From Raillietiella orientalis (Eukaryota), in contig JAYWIR010000070.1 of assembly GCA_036172245.1 (NCBI GenBank), positions 62,001 to 126,000 of the forward strand: a stretch of 64,000 nucleotides of DNA. Direction: 5' to 3'. Under the pieces are notes generated by a model. That model made no database searches. It had not been told where the DNA came from and saw nothing but the letters and a program-made list of their open reading frames with translations. Every line of letters begins with the position of its first letter. Position 1 is the first letter of the stretch. A program made the translations under genes and the position numbers. Shown in pieces: positions 49,901 through 63,581 of the stretch.

Positions 49901-52900
49901 TTGGCTCTCCGAGGCCGCCGGCAGGTCCGAATGATCGCCGTTCCAGCCGTTTCGGAGATCTGCGGAGGTACATCCCATTTTAACAACACATACTTCAGAA
50001 GGCGGCCGGACAGAAAGTCCGTGAACGGCACCAAGGGAACCAGAGTCTGCCAGATCCGAGTGGTGAAGACGGCTGCCTCTGCCATGCAGTTCAGGTAAGC
50101 GACGGCGCACTTCCCTCTTTCAGGTCGTAGCCGTCCTCGGCTCGGGTCATGTGTCTCGTCTCCTGCTTGTCGAAATCGGGGAGGGATCCTTGTAAAGAAG
50201 AACCCTAAACACCTCGCCTTCTCGCAAAAATGCTCCTTCTGGGCACGACGCACCGACCAGTAGCTTTCTAGGCATCAATAGGAAGTGGGGGAGTTTCTTG
50301 CTGGAGCTGTGAAGATCCCAGTGCCGGCCTCTCCCTTGGCAACAGGCGTTTCGTGATTCCACACTTTGGGATTCGATTCTCTTTTTTTTTAGATTTTTCT
50401 TTCTTGAAAAAAAAATTCAAAAAAAAAAAAAGAAAAAAATGAAAAGTGATAGCAAGAAGAACGTTATGACTGAATTTTAAGATTGAATTTCGTAAAACTG
50501 TCGCTGGAGAGGCCAGATGAATTGGGGACGTGCAAGATCGATAAGCTCGAGGCGATCGTGGTGGAAAAATCGCGGAGGACGACGCCTCTTCTAGTTTGCG
50601 GGGAAAATGACAACCAGCACGGTAAGTCCGCCACAAGTGTGCCTGCATGCACGTGTCGTGCACGGACGATGTAGCGTCCTTCCGAGACTGTGCGCGAGCT
50701 CCTTTCTTCCTCCTGTTTGTTGCTGTTCCCCGTTTCAGGGAAACAATTCTCGGAAAGCGCGGCACGCGTAATAGTGAACACTGTGCCGTGGTGGAAGTGC
50801 TGTTCGAGGACTCGTACATTAGTGAGCGGGGGGGGGGGGTACAGATTCCCTCTGCCGGTAACATCCTGCTGCTTCATGCACATCCTCGCGCTGGAAGCAT
50901 CTTTCCTTTCGCAGCGGGAACCAGTATACAGGGACGCGCTTCTCTTCCCCCGAGATGCTTCCAGTGGGGCTGCAGCAGGGAGATCCGTGTTTGTTGCTTG
51001 TTGATCACCTTGTCGCCGCACAACAAGGTCTTAGCTCGCAAGGGTGGTACTCGGGGATGGCTGGAGGTGGTCTGAAAATCTAAAGGACGTTTCGAGGCGT
51101 ACGAACCCGCTTTTCATCTGCGCGGAAACGTTCTCTCAGGTGAAGACTAAGGTCTCGCACTGGCCGGGATTTTTAGGTGGTGCCTAAGGAAACCGTTCGG
51201 ACTCATCCCCAAATGGCGAATCACAAATTCCGGAAATAATGCAGAGCTTTGCTTCGGGGACTGCGTGGTTTCAATGGACAGCGATGGGCAGCGGAAGAGA
51301 GGAACAGCGGATCCTAAGACGGATTTCGGTAAACGCGCGGCTGAGTTCGTCGTGAAAAAATCAACTCTCAGACTGCTCCGCAACTTCCACGTCAGGACAA
51401 AGGCAACATTCGCTGCTTGGGGCATCACCTTCGAGTGCTTTGGTTCCCAGCGTCCTCCCATCTCTGTAGTGAAGCGATGTCGAGCAGCTGATCTGGATCC
51501 AACAAGCTTCGGCTCGAAACTGCAAGATTTTACCGCTGCTTTCGATTCCTCGCAGCGAATGTGTCGTGTGACAGCCCAACGGGAAACGAATGTGATGGAC
51601 CAAGATGAGGCAAAAACAAGCATCGAACTTCGCAGGTTCATGAGCATCATCCAAAGCATGTAGCTGAGAGCACTCCAAATGTAAAGGGGCAGAGCTATGT
51701 AATCTGTCCATATGAGAATCTCCACGTGTCACACACTCCCGTTTTTTTGGCGCGCACAAAAGGCGTGCTCGTCAACCGATTGGAAGACTGCCGACTCACT
51801 GCATCGGAAGAGATCGATTACGATAATCCTGGAGCAATTAGAATGCCATGGTGGTTGACTTGGCTAGGAAGAAGGAGAAACCCCGTCTGGGGTACATTGT
51901 TCGCGCAAAACTCAATTAGAAGGACACATACTATTCTTGGCATAAATCATCACTCAGAAATGAGGATGAGGCGATCCGAGGTCCGCACGAAGTCTACATA
52001 ACTGGGAACCGATGGCGTGGTACCCAGGTGATACAAATGTATCTAACAACTAAAAAATGGATGCTAAAGACAGAAATCTGGGGTAGTGATGAACCAGCAG
52101 ACGTTTGCACAGTTTAACAACGACTCTGTGACCATTTGACGGACAAAACCTATTTTTCTTGATGAGGAGTTGCCTGGAGACGGCCAGCAACCTTGCAAAT
52201 GCGGCTGCATCTGAGAATGAATCATCAAACATCGGGAGAAGCAATCGGGAAAGGGATGGATGGGACAGCTCCATATCGTAAGGTGAGGTGAGGACAGCCC
52301 GTCATTCTCTGATGTTCACAGAAGATTCAGAGACTGAACTCTAGAAACCGGACGGATATTGTTAGCTGAGAAGGAATCCAGGAACTGGGGAATTCTCTGT
52401 GGGCTACATAGGAGGTTTCAACAGTATGAACAAGAAGTGCCCAACCGAGCTCCCGGTGTTTATCTCCTGGCGTTTATAAGCTTTGGAAGGGTCAGTCAGT
52501 GACAGTGAGCAATACTCCTGCACCCTCCAACTTTGGTCATTTGAAGCGTGGAGTTCCTGTTTTCGAGACTCTCGGAACTTCGAGTACTTTCTGACCTTTA
52601 GAATCTGGTTTTGCTGAAAAGAAAGCGTTCCACATCGACTGCTTTTAGACCGAGGACAACCCTTTTTAATCAGTGCTGTTCAAGTGGAACGTTTCGATTG
52701 AGAAATGTTCACCGACGCGACGAAATTTAGGATGTAAGGAAACCCTTCTAAAGCAAACAAAGGATGGCTGCAAAGCAAGATCTAATTACCGGGTCGTGTC
52801 CTAGAGAGGTGAATGTAATGAGTCAGCACTGGAAACGTCCGAAACTGATGCTGGGATCAAGACAATGAAATCATATCAGACAAGTCCAGGCTGTTCTAGG

Positions 52901-55900
52901 AAGCTTTGAAAAAAAGGAAATAAAAATACAGTAGCCAACAGCACGCACACGGTTCCGTTTGTAAGAGGGCATCTGTGGATGCATTAGGGAGTGCATTTCC
53001 ATACTATTCCTGTCCCATTTTGCACCATGTCCCTCCCGAGGATGCCATCCTTGACGATATTCTTTCTGGTGAAGTGGAAATTTTGGGAGAGCACGTCAGC
53101 TGATCAGCTCCAACGCGTAGCAGGAACGGAGACCAGAACTCCCTTCAAGACTGGTCCATGAGAATCGTTGAGGGTTTCGAATTCGCTGTTCGTACGTGTG
53201 TGTACAAGTTCAGATTTTCTGGGTATAGGAGCTGCCAAAATGTCACCTGCTGCTCTACTCTTTTTCAGTAGAAACAGTAGATAGTAGACTTGACTGGTGG
53301 TTTTCTTCCGTTCCCCATTCATTGCGCGGGTGACGAAAAGCCCGAACGATCAAAATCTCGGAAGATTATGAAAAATAAACATGTACGCTTACTCTACATG
53401 GATTAATATATGAATTTATTCTAATATACGCACTTGTTCATATTTATCAACTGCATATTATTAACAGTAACATTCTTGCAACAGATATATTCATGAAGAT
53501 TCAGTGACATACATTTGATTAATAAGTTGTTGATTAAACTGTTGATATATATTTAAAATGTTGTAAAAATAAATGTTTATACTTATTATATACATCAATA
53601 TTTATAGATAATATATACATATATATATATGACTAAATACACAGAGAGAAACACATGTATAGAAACGTAAATACATACATACACATATGTATATATTTAT
53701 ATTTATAAAGGTTTGTTTTTATATATAAGGAGTATATATCTAATGAATATATGGATGTGGACTTTTAAAAAATAAGGATTAACTGTGACAAGTAAAAATA
53801 GCGCAAAAGATGAAAAAGCAAAACAAAAAAAAAATTGAAAATGTGACATCTGGAAACGTGAAGGAAGAATTCAAGACTGGGAAGAGTTTTTCTTCGTTAT
53901 TTGTATTTTTGGGGCTTCGATAATGAAACAGAAATGGATAAGGAAGAATTGCACGATGGTGGTCCATAAGAGTTGGCCGGCTTTCACGAGAAACTGTAGT
54001 TTGGAGACTTGCCTCGTGATGAATATTAAATATGTACATGAACATATATAATAATCACATGTATTTATTGTTTATAATCTTTAATATTTATGTCAACAAC
54101 ATAATCAACAACTTATTAATTTAGGAATCTGAATAAATACATTTGCTGCAATAATATTACTGATAACAGTATGCATGTTAATGAATATGAGTAACTATGT
54201 ATATTAATCTGTGTAGAATAAGCATATGTGCTTATTTTTGATGGTCCTTCGGGATTTTGAACTAGGCCTTCCACATTGATATGGATCCAAGGAGAATTGT
54301 TAGTGCATCCTATTTTCATGCACATCTTGCTGTTTTTCTGCTTGCTAGAAGCGAGTTGCTTCCGTGGCTTCAGTTTTCAAAGCAATGATAAGAAAACATC
54401 CCAGTATCTTCTTTTCGAGGAATCAGGACATGTCCTATGAAGATGCTTAAACAGAATGTTGCTTATGTGTCCCACCATTCATATTTCGAATTATGGATCA
54501 GCGTTCCAACTCTCCCCTAAAGTGTTTCAGTGATCAGTGCTTGGGAATGCCGATGTGGGCAGAAGGAATCCAGCAGACACAGAAGTGCCCATCTCCAGGG
54601 ATATTGACTTCTGGGTTCAGTTCGTCGGACCTTTCGCTTCGTTTTCAAAGGCACTCTTGAAAATCCTTAGTGATGCACAGAATCTAGAGGTGCTAGATTT
54701 AGAATAGATGGAGGCGGATTACTCGTACTACTCCGAGGTGATTCTATGCTAGCTAAGAGAGTGCCATTTGATGTTGGATAAGTCTTGTTTAACAACGCAT
54801 AAGACTCAACATTCACGAGAATTAATGCGAAAATAGCCTGAAAATCGCTATCATCAGGCTCAATCTGTCTCCTAGCTTTCCTGTTCTTTCCCCTTTACAG
54901 TCTCATTCCAAATACCTAAGCAGCAATCCAGTATTTTTCCAGATGGAGTCTCTCTTCAGTGTTATTAGATAGGTTTTTAAGGCCGGAGGATCTGTTAATC
55001 CTATGGGGACGTTTTCAATGTGAGAGATATATAGCCATCCTTAAGGAGTCCTCACAAAATTAGAGCACGAGGTTTCTAAACCGATCAACTCTGAGGTCAA
55101 GGAATGGAGCTCAAATGTCTGGTTCATTTTCCACAGAAACTGCTGGTGTTCGGCTGCTCGTGTCTGAAAATGAAAAAGCATGTCCAGTCATGAAAGACAA
55201 GCCCTTTATGATTTTCTTGTCGCCCCAGTGCTAAAACATTTCCCAGTATCCACTTATGAAACAAAAAATGCAGTGCTCCCCGTAGAAGTTCCTGGCACGC
55301 GGCGTTGCCTCTAGGTGAGCGGTCTCACTAGTACTTGACCTGCATGTCATGTATTTTTACTGTGTTTTTACTGTTCCTCTTGATTCTGGCATAGAAGCGT
55401 CACGACTCTCACAAAGTTTCAACGCACCCTCGTTATGGTAAGGATTCTTCTCAAGAAAGTACGGATTTTTTATTCCTGCTCCCACCTTTGTCTTCCGAAA
55501 CCCACAAGTAGTTACAAAAACGCTCCTTCAGTTATGGAGTGTTCAGTCCCGGAAACTCCTGAAGCCCGCTAAAGGGTTTCCGGGACCAAACCACATCTTG
55601 AAATGGAAACATGAGGAAATTTTCCAGCTCCTGTGCTTGGGAAATTGCTCGATATTTTGGAAATGGGATGCGTCTTTGCGATCCCCAGCTAAACAAGGAT
55701 GACCTTAGAACTGACTTTCGAATGAACTAAATTTCTCCATATTTGCTTAAACTACAGTTTGCGCAACTAAAAAGGGATAACAAAATACGCAGGTTTTTTT
55801 ATCGTTTCTTCCCCTGTCTTCATCGTCATTCAAACAAAGGACAACCCGGATTACTTCCGATGAACAGATCCAGTAGCACCACTCTATTTTATAGCTGTTT

Positions 55901-57897
55901 CAAGACGGAGGATCGTTCAAAGAATATCCTTGGAACCCGACAGTAAAGAATCATCCTCAGAGAATCGCAAAGGCGATGAAGAAGTCTTTCTAGAACTAGG
56001 AAATGATGGACTGAATTCCTTGGGACGCGAAGCAGGAGTCGAAAAAGGAAGGGTGAAGATATTGTTGTTTATCTGTGCTTTAAAAGATCTGTGAAGAAGA
56101 AAAGGAAAACTCATGGCTCCCTTTGTCAATGATTGCAATATCCAAATTTTTCTCGGAGTTCCATGTTGAACATTCATTAAAAGTTTAGCTATCTGTCTCT
56201 GTTTCCCTACGCAGATATGCATATATGCACATATGCAGATTGTAACGATATGTAGATGGATGCAGAGGAAAAATATTTTATAAAGAAAAATCCATGTACT
56301 CGTATAGGTATTTGGTTATTTACCACACAGGTGCGCTTACACACATGCAAAGTTTATCTGCGATGCTCCAAGGCAATACTCTGCCTTCTGTTTCTCGCTC
56401 CCGACAGGCATCGAACGCTCTTTATACTGTTAGATGTCTTTTTAGCGTACATCCACACCGAGAGGGAAGTCAGAGACATGGTTGTGAAAATTACTATCAA
56501 CCATTCCTTGAGTAAAACTCCAAGAGAGTGGAATATCCTTATCCAGCAGATACCCTTAGGAACGTCGTATTCAGGTAATCTCAGAGTGGGAAAGATGAGG
56601 GCTCTTTGGACCCCTCAACCAATATACCCCTAGCATTCCCCTGAATCAAGGACGGCACGTTTGCAAGTTCTCAAAGGAATTTTTGCTTTTTATATGCATT
56701 TCTTCTTCCCCTATCTTCTGTCCAGTTCGTTTTCTTCGACGGATTAGACGACGCGCTGCTGTAAGTTCTTCAGAGATTCACGAATAACTCTTTGGGCCGA
56801 GATCTTAAAACCGGACATGCATCTCTCTCTGGTTCGCGTCGCGCAGGAATCTTTCCTTTCGAAACCGAATCTAAGAAGCCGCGTCGGGTTCCGGAGACGG
56901 AAAGCGAAAGCTGGATGTGTTCCGACTCACGGCTTCCGACATCCCAGACTCGCATTGCAGATTGGAATCCTGGTGAAGAACTGCAGTTCCGTTGTTGTTG
57001 CTTGAGTCGCAGGGAGAGTTTCATAGAGAGCGCTGTCCCAACTAATCTCAAGAGATTACCCGCATCCCAATTAAAAAGTGGAAGAATGAAATGAGGGCGC
57101 AGCTTGGCGCCTGGAATATTTTGGGCACTGAGAATCGAAAGAGGGGCAGTCCGGATGAGTGATCTCGGCAAATTCGTCGAGGTGCAACTGAATCCCCTCC
57201 CTTATCGCCATTCCTCCGTGCTCTTCCTCAACCTCACCTCCTTTACTTATTCGGCTCCCCTCCCTCTTCTCCGAAGGACCTCAGAGCCACTGGACGCCTT
57301 TCAGCGCCTGCAGGTTGCCTCCAGTTCTTTTGGGGAAGGAAAGCGAGAGTGACTTCTTTCAACTGGCTAGAGAACGGAGAGGGCCGCCACCTAGCCAACC
57401 AAAATTACGCAGTCTGCATCCGCAAAGAGCAGGAAGCCGATTTCATGTGCCTGCTCCAATGCCCCGCCAGCGGCAGCTTTTCCCTGAGCTCCAAGTACAA
57501 CCGCAGCGCTACGTTCGAAAAATGCACTTCCGACTTCCTGACCATATCGTGCGGGTCGGAGCCAAGCACCATCCGGACCAGCTGCTCGGCGGATCGGTAC
57601 TGCGGGGGAGCTCTGAGTTTCGAAGACGACGCAGCGTTTCCCAACGAAGTGTGCAGTAAGGCGAGCGGTCTGCCTTTCTGCCCAACTTTCCCTTCGCCTT
57701 CAGCTCGAAGAACGCCGTACATCCTGCAGTTCACTACGGACGGAGCGGAGGAAGAAAACGAGAATGGTAGTGGATTCTGTATCACCTTCGAGCAGCGCTC
57801 TCTCCATGAGATCGGTGAGTTCGTTCTCTCCCAGTCACATGACATTGTCTCTCGCGTTGCAATGGATGCTACGTTGAAGCCCACTTTTATAGAATAA
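46933..57897 (+). CDS. Arthropod-type secreted cysteine-rich CUB-like protein, 5'-partial; exons 46933-46963 (tentative), 49730-49893, 49947-50094, 50482-50621, 56446-56574, 57305-57655, 57704-57814, then 57893-57897 or 61443-61471
   Basis: LFSIARL...C...GTC...GSCAIGLGVCC, CGG...NNTYF, QFRLNF, VCGENDNQHAYIH, WNILIQQIP...APAGCLQFF...VTSFN...HLANQNYAVCIRKE...CTSDFLTI...DRYCG...PYILQFTTD...GFCITFEQ. Phases are consistent across all junctions. Confidence 0.85.
53335..54272. repeat. AT-rich diverged inverted repeat forming the apex of the foldback in the 5.8-kb CUB intron
   Basis: Arms at about 53335-53590 and 54045-54272; perfect 19-bp block 53518-53536/54102-54120; many TG/CA differences. Confidence 0.85.
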
Positions 57898-60800
57898 GAG
57901 GAGCAGTAGAACAACAGGAACACCCGTATTAGGCACATGAACGCCGAAGGCTAGCAAAGATTTTAAATTTAGGAAATTCTTTACATCTAAACACTGCGGC
58001 CTATAACGTGCCTACTGCATGCTTGTTGTGCACCGAGGGCCGGCATCCACCGCGCATGGCACGCGTTGCGACAAAAGGGTTGCCCACCGCTACTTTGTTC
58101 CACGCTACAGCATTTTTGACGTCAGCTATTTAGAGCAGTCTCACAGATGTCCCTGAACGTCGTGATTGTTCGAATCGATTTATTCCATTTGGCTTTTTCC
58201 AACAAAAAGTGGAACTTTATGAGGGAGAAGCGAACCTCTTTCATCTCTCGATCGTTGGACTGGTGACGACGAATTTGCTCGCTTCTCTGGAAAGTTCGAC
58301 CTTCCAGATATCATGCAGGGTCTACGTTCATGTTTTCAGCATTCGAGATCAATCTTCTATGGTGTTTGCTTCCAGCATGTCTTTTTTTCCTCCTCTTACA
58401 TCGGAGGAAGTCGATTTACAGATATGCTTGGTTTTCGAGAGCAGTGAGGGCTCATGAGCACTTTGATCACCACATTTGTGCGCATTTTTAGTTTCGTTTG
58501 TAAAGATAGAAATGTTGCCATGTTGTTTGTTAACTCAGGAAATAATTTTTCAGACAAGTCTTCCGATGGACTCATTAGTGCAAGCGTGAATTGATCTGAA
58601 ATCATCACCAGGAAACTACTCTCGCCTGGGGCCAATGTCTAGCCAGCCATCTTCTGAAGGAAATGACACCGCCTGAATGACGCGCTTTTATGGGAAGAAA
58701 TGCTCAGGAAACTTTCCATAGATCCGGGGAAATACACTTATAAGGAATTTCCGTTTCTCTTTTCCAGATGACTTGATTTTCGCATTTCCAAGCATTTTCC
58801 CCCTTTTCCTAGAGCGATAGCTCAAAATTCTTTACCCAACACCAGCATTTAGTCTCGAAATCCTTATTTGTACGAATCTCGCTGGACAGTTCTCGTTTTC
58901 TACCTTGCTGGTGCTTTCTCATTTAGCAGCACACTTTAACCAGAGCTTGTTCACGGAGCACACAATGGTAGTCAGCACTGCTTCAAAAAATTTTGTCTGC
59001 AAAGCGTTCTGATGGGAAAGTAATCGTAGGGAATGACATGGAAGCTGTTATTCCATCCTTATTTCCCTTAAGTCCTCCTGCTTCACAGTGCGATTCTGTA
59101 AGCTCCGATGTCTGATTCCATTCGAATCCAGCAAACGCTGCCCCGAATGTGACTGGGAGAGAACCAAGAAGTAGGTTACATTCCAAGCGTTTTCATTCTT
59201 CCTCATCAGCAATGAGCTTTGCATCTCAACACCAGCATTTTTCCGTCTCCAATGTTCGGTCGCATGATCAGCCACCAGTTATTTGAAAACAGATCAGGAT
59301 CCAAAAATTTTGAGGAATTTACTCAAGAAATTTCATTTCTCATTTCGGAGCACCACTGGAGAAGACACAAGGCACACTACCATTTGCAGCGCCACTTACT
59401 CCTTTTGACCTTTGACACTTCTCCATCACGCCTCTTTGAAATTATTGACCTCCTGGTTTCACCGGTATTGTTCTAAAATCGTGGATGCCTTGAAAATTCA
59501 AAAGCTCTCATTAAGAATGACGACAGAGAGGATACCTCCGGCTGCTGTTTACTAATTTGTAGGAAAGGTCATCGTGGCCAGTAGACACGTTTACATGCCA
59601 TCGAAGTCCGGGAAAAAAAGATACTTTCAAACAGCTGCTATATTTCGTGGATACAATCTCAGGTACTTTTGTTAACGTGATGTTTTTTTTTTTTTGAAGG
59701 AAATTCTTCATATGATTTTCTGTGAAGAAATATGGAAAAATGCTCATAGTAACGTATGTTTTTCTTAGAAGAAACATGTGAATAAGAAGACAAGCATAGA
59801 AGATCCAATGCGAAGCAAGGAGACTCAAGAATGCTTACAGTGAAGCTGTTAAGAACATTTGCTAGGAGCCATTTACTTGAAACTTCGAGGTCGTTCGATG
59901 AATCGCAGACATCGAAGTTTCTTACTTGTGTAAATTCACAAGTTTTCATTCAAGTGATACGGCGACTTCTTTAAACAGAACCGCTGAAAGAAACTTACAA
60001 AGATCTTTAGCAATGAATCAGTTGATAGCTGGAAGGGAGCATGACTTTGCCAGAGTTTTCTAAGATATGCCGGGATGCTATCACGAACAAAAATGACGTC
60101 ATGCATGGTCTATGTAGCTTCACTGCATGACTAGAACAGTTGTTAGATGAATCTATGATTGAATATGTCAATGTTGCCAATCTTATCTCTCCTTTGCATT
60201 GCATAGACAATTAAATCAAATCAATGGGAAACTACAAATCGTACAAAAGTTACGGGATATATGTTTGTTGATTCGAAAGATATCCAAGTTTATAGTTAAC
60301 ATTTGAACCCGTGAGGGTTTGGAAAGATGGGATGGAACTTTTGCTATTGCCAAGGGCTATCTGGTGTATTGATCGAGCACCAATGCTCTATCTGTGCAGG
60401 GGCCACAATTTTTTGTCGAGAAAGTGTTCGATTTAAAGGAAACTGCGATAGAATTAGATTTTGGATAAGTGGTCACGAAAAGCAAAACTTTATAAAGCCA
60501 GAGTATAACTTTAATTTCTCCTGATTCTGGAGTGCAAAGGGCATTTTCCTTAGTTGGATCTAAGATATCAGAAGATATTCATGGATTGCATCACATAATA
60601 TTCTTACTGCAAATCGGTTTCGCAATTTATTCCCGTGAAATAAGGAAACCGACAGATTTTTCCATGTAGATAGATTTAAGAATCAACTTAAAGAAGTCCT
60701 GTTAGCAAAAAATATCCGAATGTTACCCTGAATAGAAGAGGTGTCAATCGAGAGGTAACGTATAAAATGAAAACATTTGCAATTTTCTATAGCAGAGATT

Positions 60801-62797
60801 GCACACTGATAAGAAATATGAGGGAAATTCACTGATTTGATAATGGAATTCCAGGGATAGCTAGCTGTCCAGGTCAAGCGAACTGCACCATTACTTTGAC
60901 ACAGATGCCTATATAACGGATGCTTGCAGTGTTCACTCTTGCAATTATCACTTCTATTTCCGATATTACTCAACTTTTGAGGAGTGCTGCTCTCGAGTGA
61001 ACACACAGAATGAGATCAAATCCCTCCAATTTATTCCACGAAACAACTAACTATTTATTCCACCTTCCTTGATCGGTACAGCACTCTGCTTCGAACCAGA
61101 AGTTCTGCCTTTGTGTCATCTTACAAAATTTTTCTTTTGCAGTTCCTCTTTAACTTCAGTTGGCTATCATAGGGAACAAGTTCATTGTCTGCTGAAACTC
61201 TTTTTTAAATTCCCATCTGAGCACCAGGAATTCCAATGAATTCAGAATGCTACAGCTTCCTCGGAACCGAAGTGTACCGAGGGAGCTTCCACGGAAAAGT
61301 CAAAAGTATGACATACGAAACAAACACTTATCTAACACTTTTTTATAGTGTACTTCTTTCTGAACTTGATGCTAAAACATGGGCAAATAATCGTTACTAG
61401 TTAAATTTGAGTGAAAAAGCTCATTCCCTCTTCATCTTGCAGTCTTTGTGCATATGCTGCATCGTAAATGATAGATGATTCACCAATACTGAATTGTAAT
61501 TAACCTTGCATAGGTTATTACATAGGTTAACTTTTGTATTTTACATCATGAACAGTTTGCTCGTCACCCATAAATTGATGAAGGCCCGAATTCGAACACC
61601 ATTTAATAATACCATGTTTTGTTCCTCGTAACTTATTAAAAGTCTTTCATTTCTACTAGTCCTTGAAGATCAAATCAAAAATGAATTATAAGGAGTATAA
61701 TTCATTATTAGCTATGTGATTAGTTATGAGGATGAGGCTCATGAATAGCAAAGACTAAACAAATACATTGAAACCATAATTTAGTTAAAACTTCTTAGTA
61801 GCATTGTGGTTGTACAGGACAATGAACATTCATTGACTGACATCAGGGGAATATTCTAAATCATTGCACCACAGTGTAAGTGGAACTGAAGAAAAACTAT
61901 TAGGTTCAAAAAAGCTGCTTTGGAGATACTGCTTGGGCCGATTTTATTTTTGATTCAATTACTAGTCAGCAGCCATTATATGAAAAATAATTTCCTTTGA
62001 ATGTCATGCTTATTAAATGAGGTTAAATAGCAACAACATAGAATCCAATACTTCGTGATCAATAATGGCAAAATTACATCATCTGTTGATGCTGTGCTCT
62101 GGAGCAATTGCGATTTGGATTACACATCAAGATAAACCTAAGTAAATAACAATGTGATTCAACTTGCTGCAGCTGCAAAAAAAAAATTGTAGTACTAATG
62201 GATGCACCATTTCTTTTGAAATATAGACCAAACTCTTTAAAGTGATAAAATACAACAAGCACAGCAACATGCACTGACATCACTGAATATCTCTGAACAG
62301 TGACTTATGAAGTTGCTATCAATATTGCTTCACTGACACTTCAAAATCAAAATCACCTAGCCATGAGAAAAATGCAAAATGATTCGTTGCATTTATATAT
62401 TTCTTCATGAGTGATTCGATAAAAAGCAGTCCTTCGAGGATTTAATCATATTATGAGCAAAAATGGTCATCATAACTGTAATAAATATTAAATTGATTTT
62501 GAAAAACAAAAACTAGTTTTATTTTAAAGAAAGTGCATACGTAAATAAGAGTTGCAATCGCAAATTTGCATCACAAAGTAATATGCTAATCCATATGTCA
62601 CACTCAGATAAGGTAAGACAACACAAAAAAATCCAGCAAAATAACTCAAACTGCATTACTGTCAACTGCTATTTTCTCTACAATTCTATCATTAAATAAA
62701 GCTTGCTTTATTCACAAATTAATAAAAAATTTTCAATTGATCACTTTTAAATCAAAATATGGCCATTTACATTTTTATGTCCTCAAATTTACCATAA

Positions 62798-63376
62798 TCA
62801 CAGCAATATGTATATAAAAACATTCTTTGATGCCCTTCTCTCCTCAATCCTCTTACAATATCTCAATATGCCCAAACAGCCATAAACTGACTTTGCCATA
62901 GTTAATTTCCCCAAATCATGAAGATCTTGAGAGGAACAGAAGAACTTCCCTTCATATTAAAAATACGTAGTCAGAAAATAATTAGAGAAAATATCCACCT
63001 TTTCCAGTGATGTCTTCCTGCTTGTTCCATTCTTCTATCTGCCTCTGCAATGGCATTCCAATTGTTGCTCTTGGTTTGCTAATGATTTTATATTTTTCCT
63101 GAAGAGTTACATTGAACTGAATTACTACCCGGTTAATAGCATCCAATGTTTGTCGAAGTTTCACATATCTAATAAAGAAAATTCATTATAGATTGCCACA
63201 TTGGACCATAAGCTAATAAATGTTTACTCAGGAACTTTTTGCAGCTCAGACTTGGTCATAAGGCTCATTTGAGGTATAACTTTTAGTTTTTTCTTATGGA
63301 GATGAATAGATTTTTTGTGAGAAAGACTTTGTGATACACTTGGTGGTAGGTTCTCTTTCAGATTTTCTGCAAGTGC
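62798..63376 (-). CDS. SKA1: SKA1 spindle/kinetochore protein, C-terminal exons 63376-63228, 63168-62999, 62949-62798 (5'-partial)
   Basis: ENLPP...MSLMTKSELQKVPEYVKLRQTLDAINRVV...QEKYKIISKPR...QEDITGKGKFFCSSQDL...LGILRYCKRIEERR matches the recalled SKA1 microtubule-binding domain; introns of 59 and 49 nt are in phase. Confidence 0.88.
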
Positions 63377-63562
63377 CTAAAAAAATGCAATATATGAAAA
63401 TCCAAACAAGTTAATATTCTGTAATTTAGAAATCGGAATTTGCTACCAATGAAGAAAACTTTTCATTTTTATCAATCCACATGCATTCATGATTTGAAGT
63501 TTACACTTTCAGGAATGGAAAAAGCTTTTCGAAAACAAAAAAAAAAACAAAAAAAAAAAAAA

Positions 63563-63581
63563 AGAGAGAGAGAGAGAGAGA
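63563..63581 (+). repeat. (AG)n microsatellite after a poly-A run
   Basis: Direct reading of the sequence. Confidence 0.85.

Noticed and set aside
51265..51663. Nested 132-aa gene in the CUB intron
   Set aside because: No recognisable motif, and the segment pairs with about 55590-55940 as part of the stem.
53371..54239. Stand-alone MITE in the CUB intron
   Set aside because: No discrete termini or TSD; pairing continues outward for kilobases, so it is the apex of the intron hairpin.
58040..58092. hAT-type MITE end (GGTTGCCCACCGCT)
   Set aside because: No matching opposite terminus or TSD.
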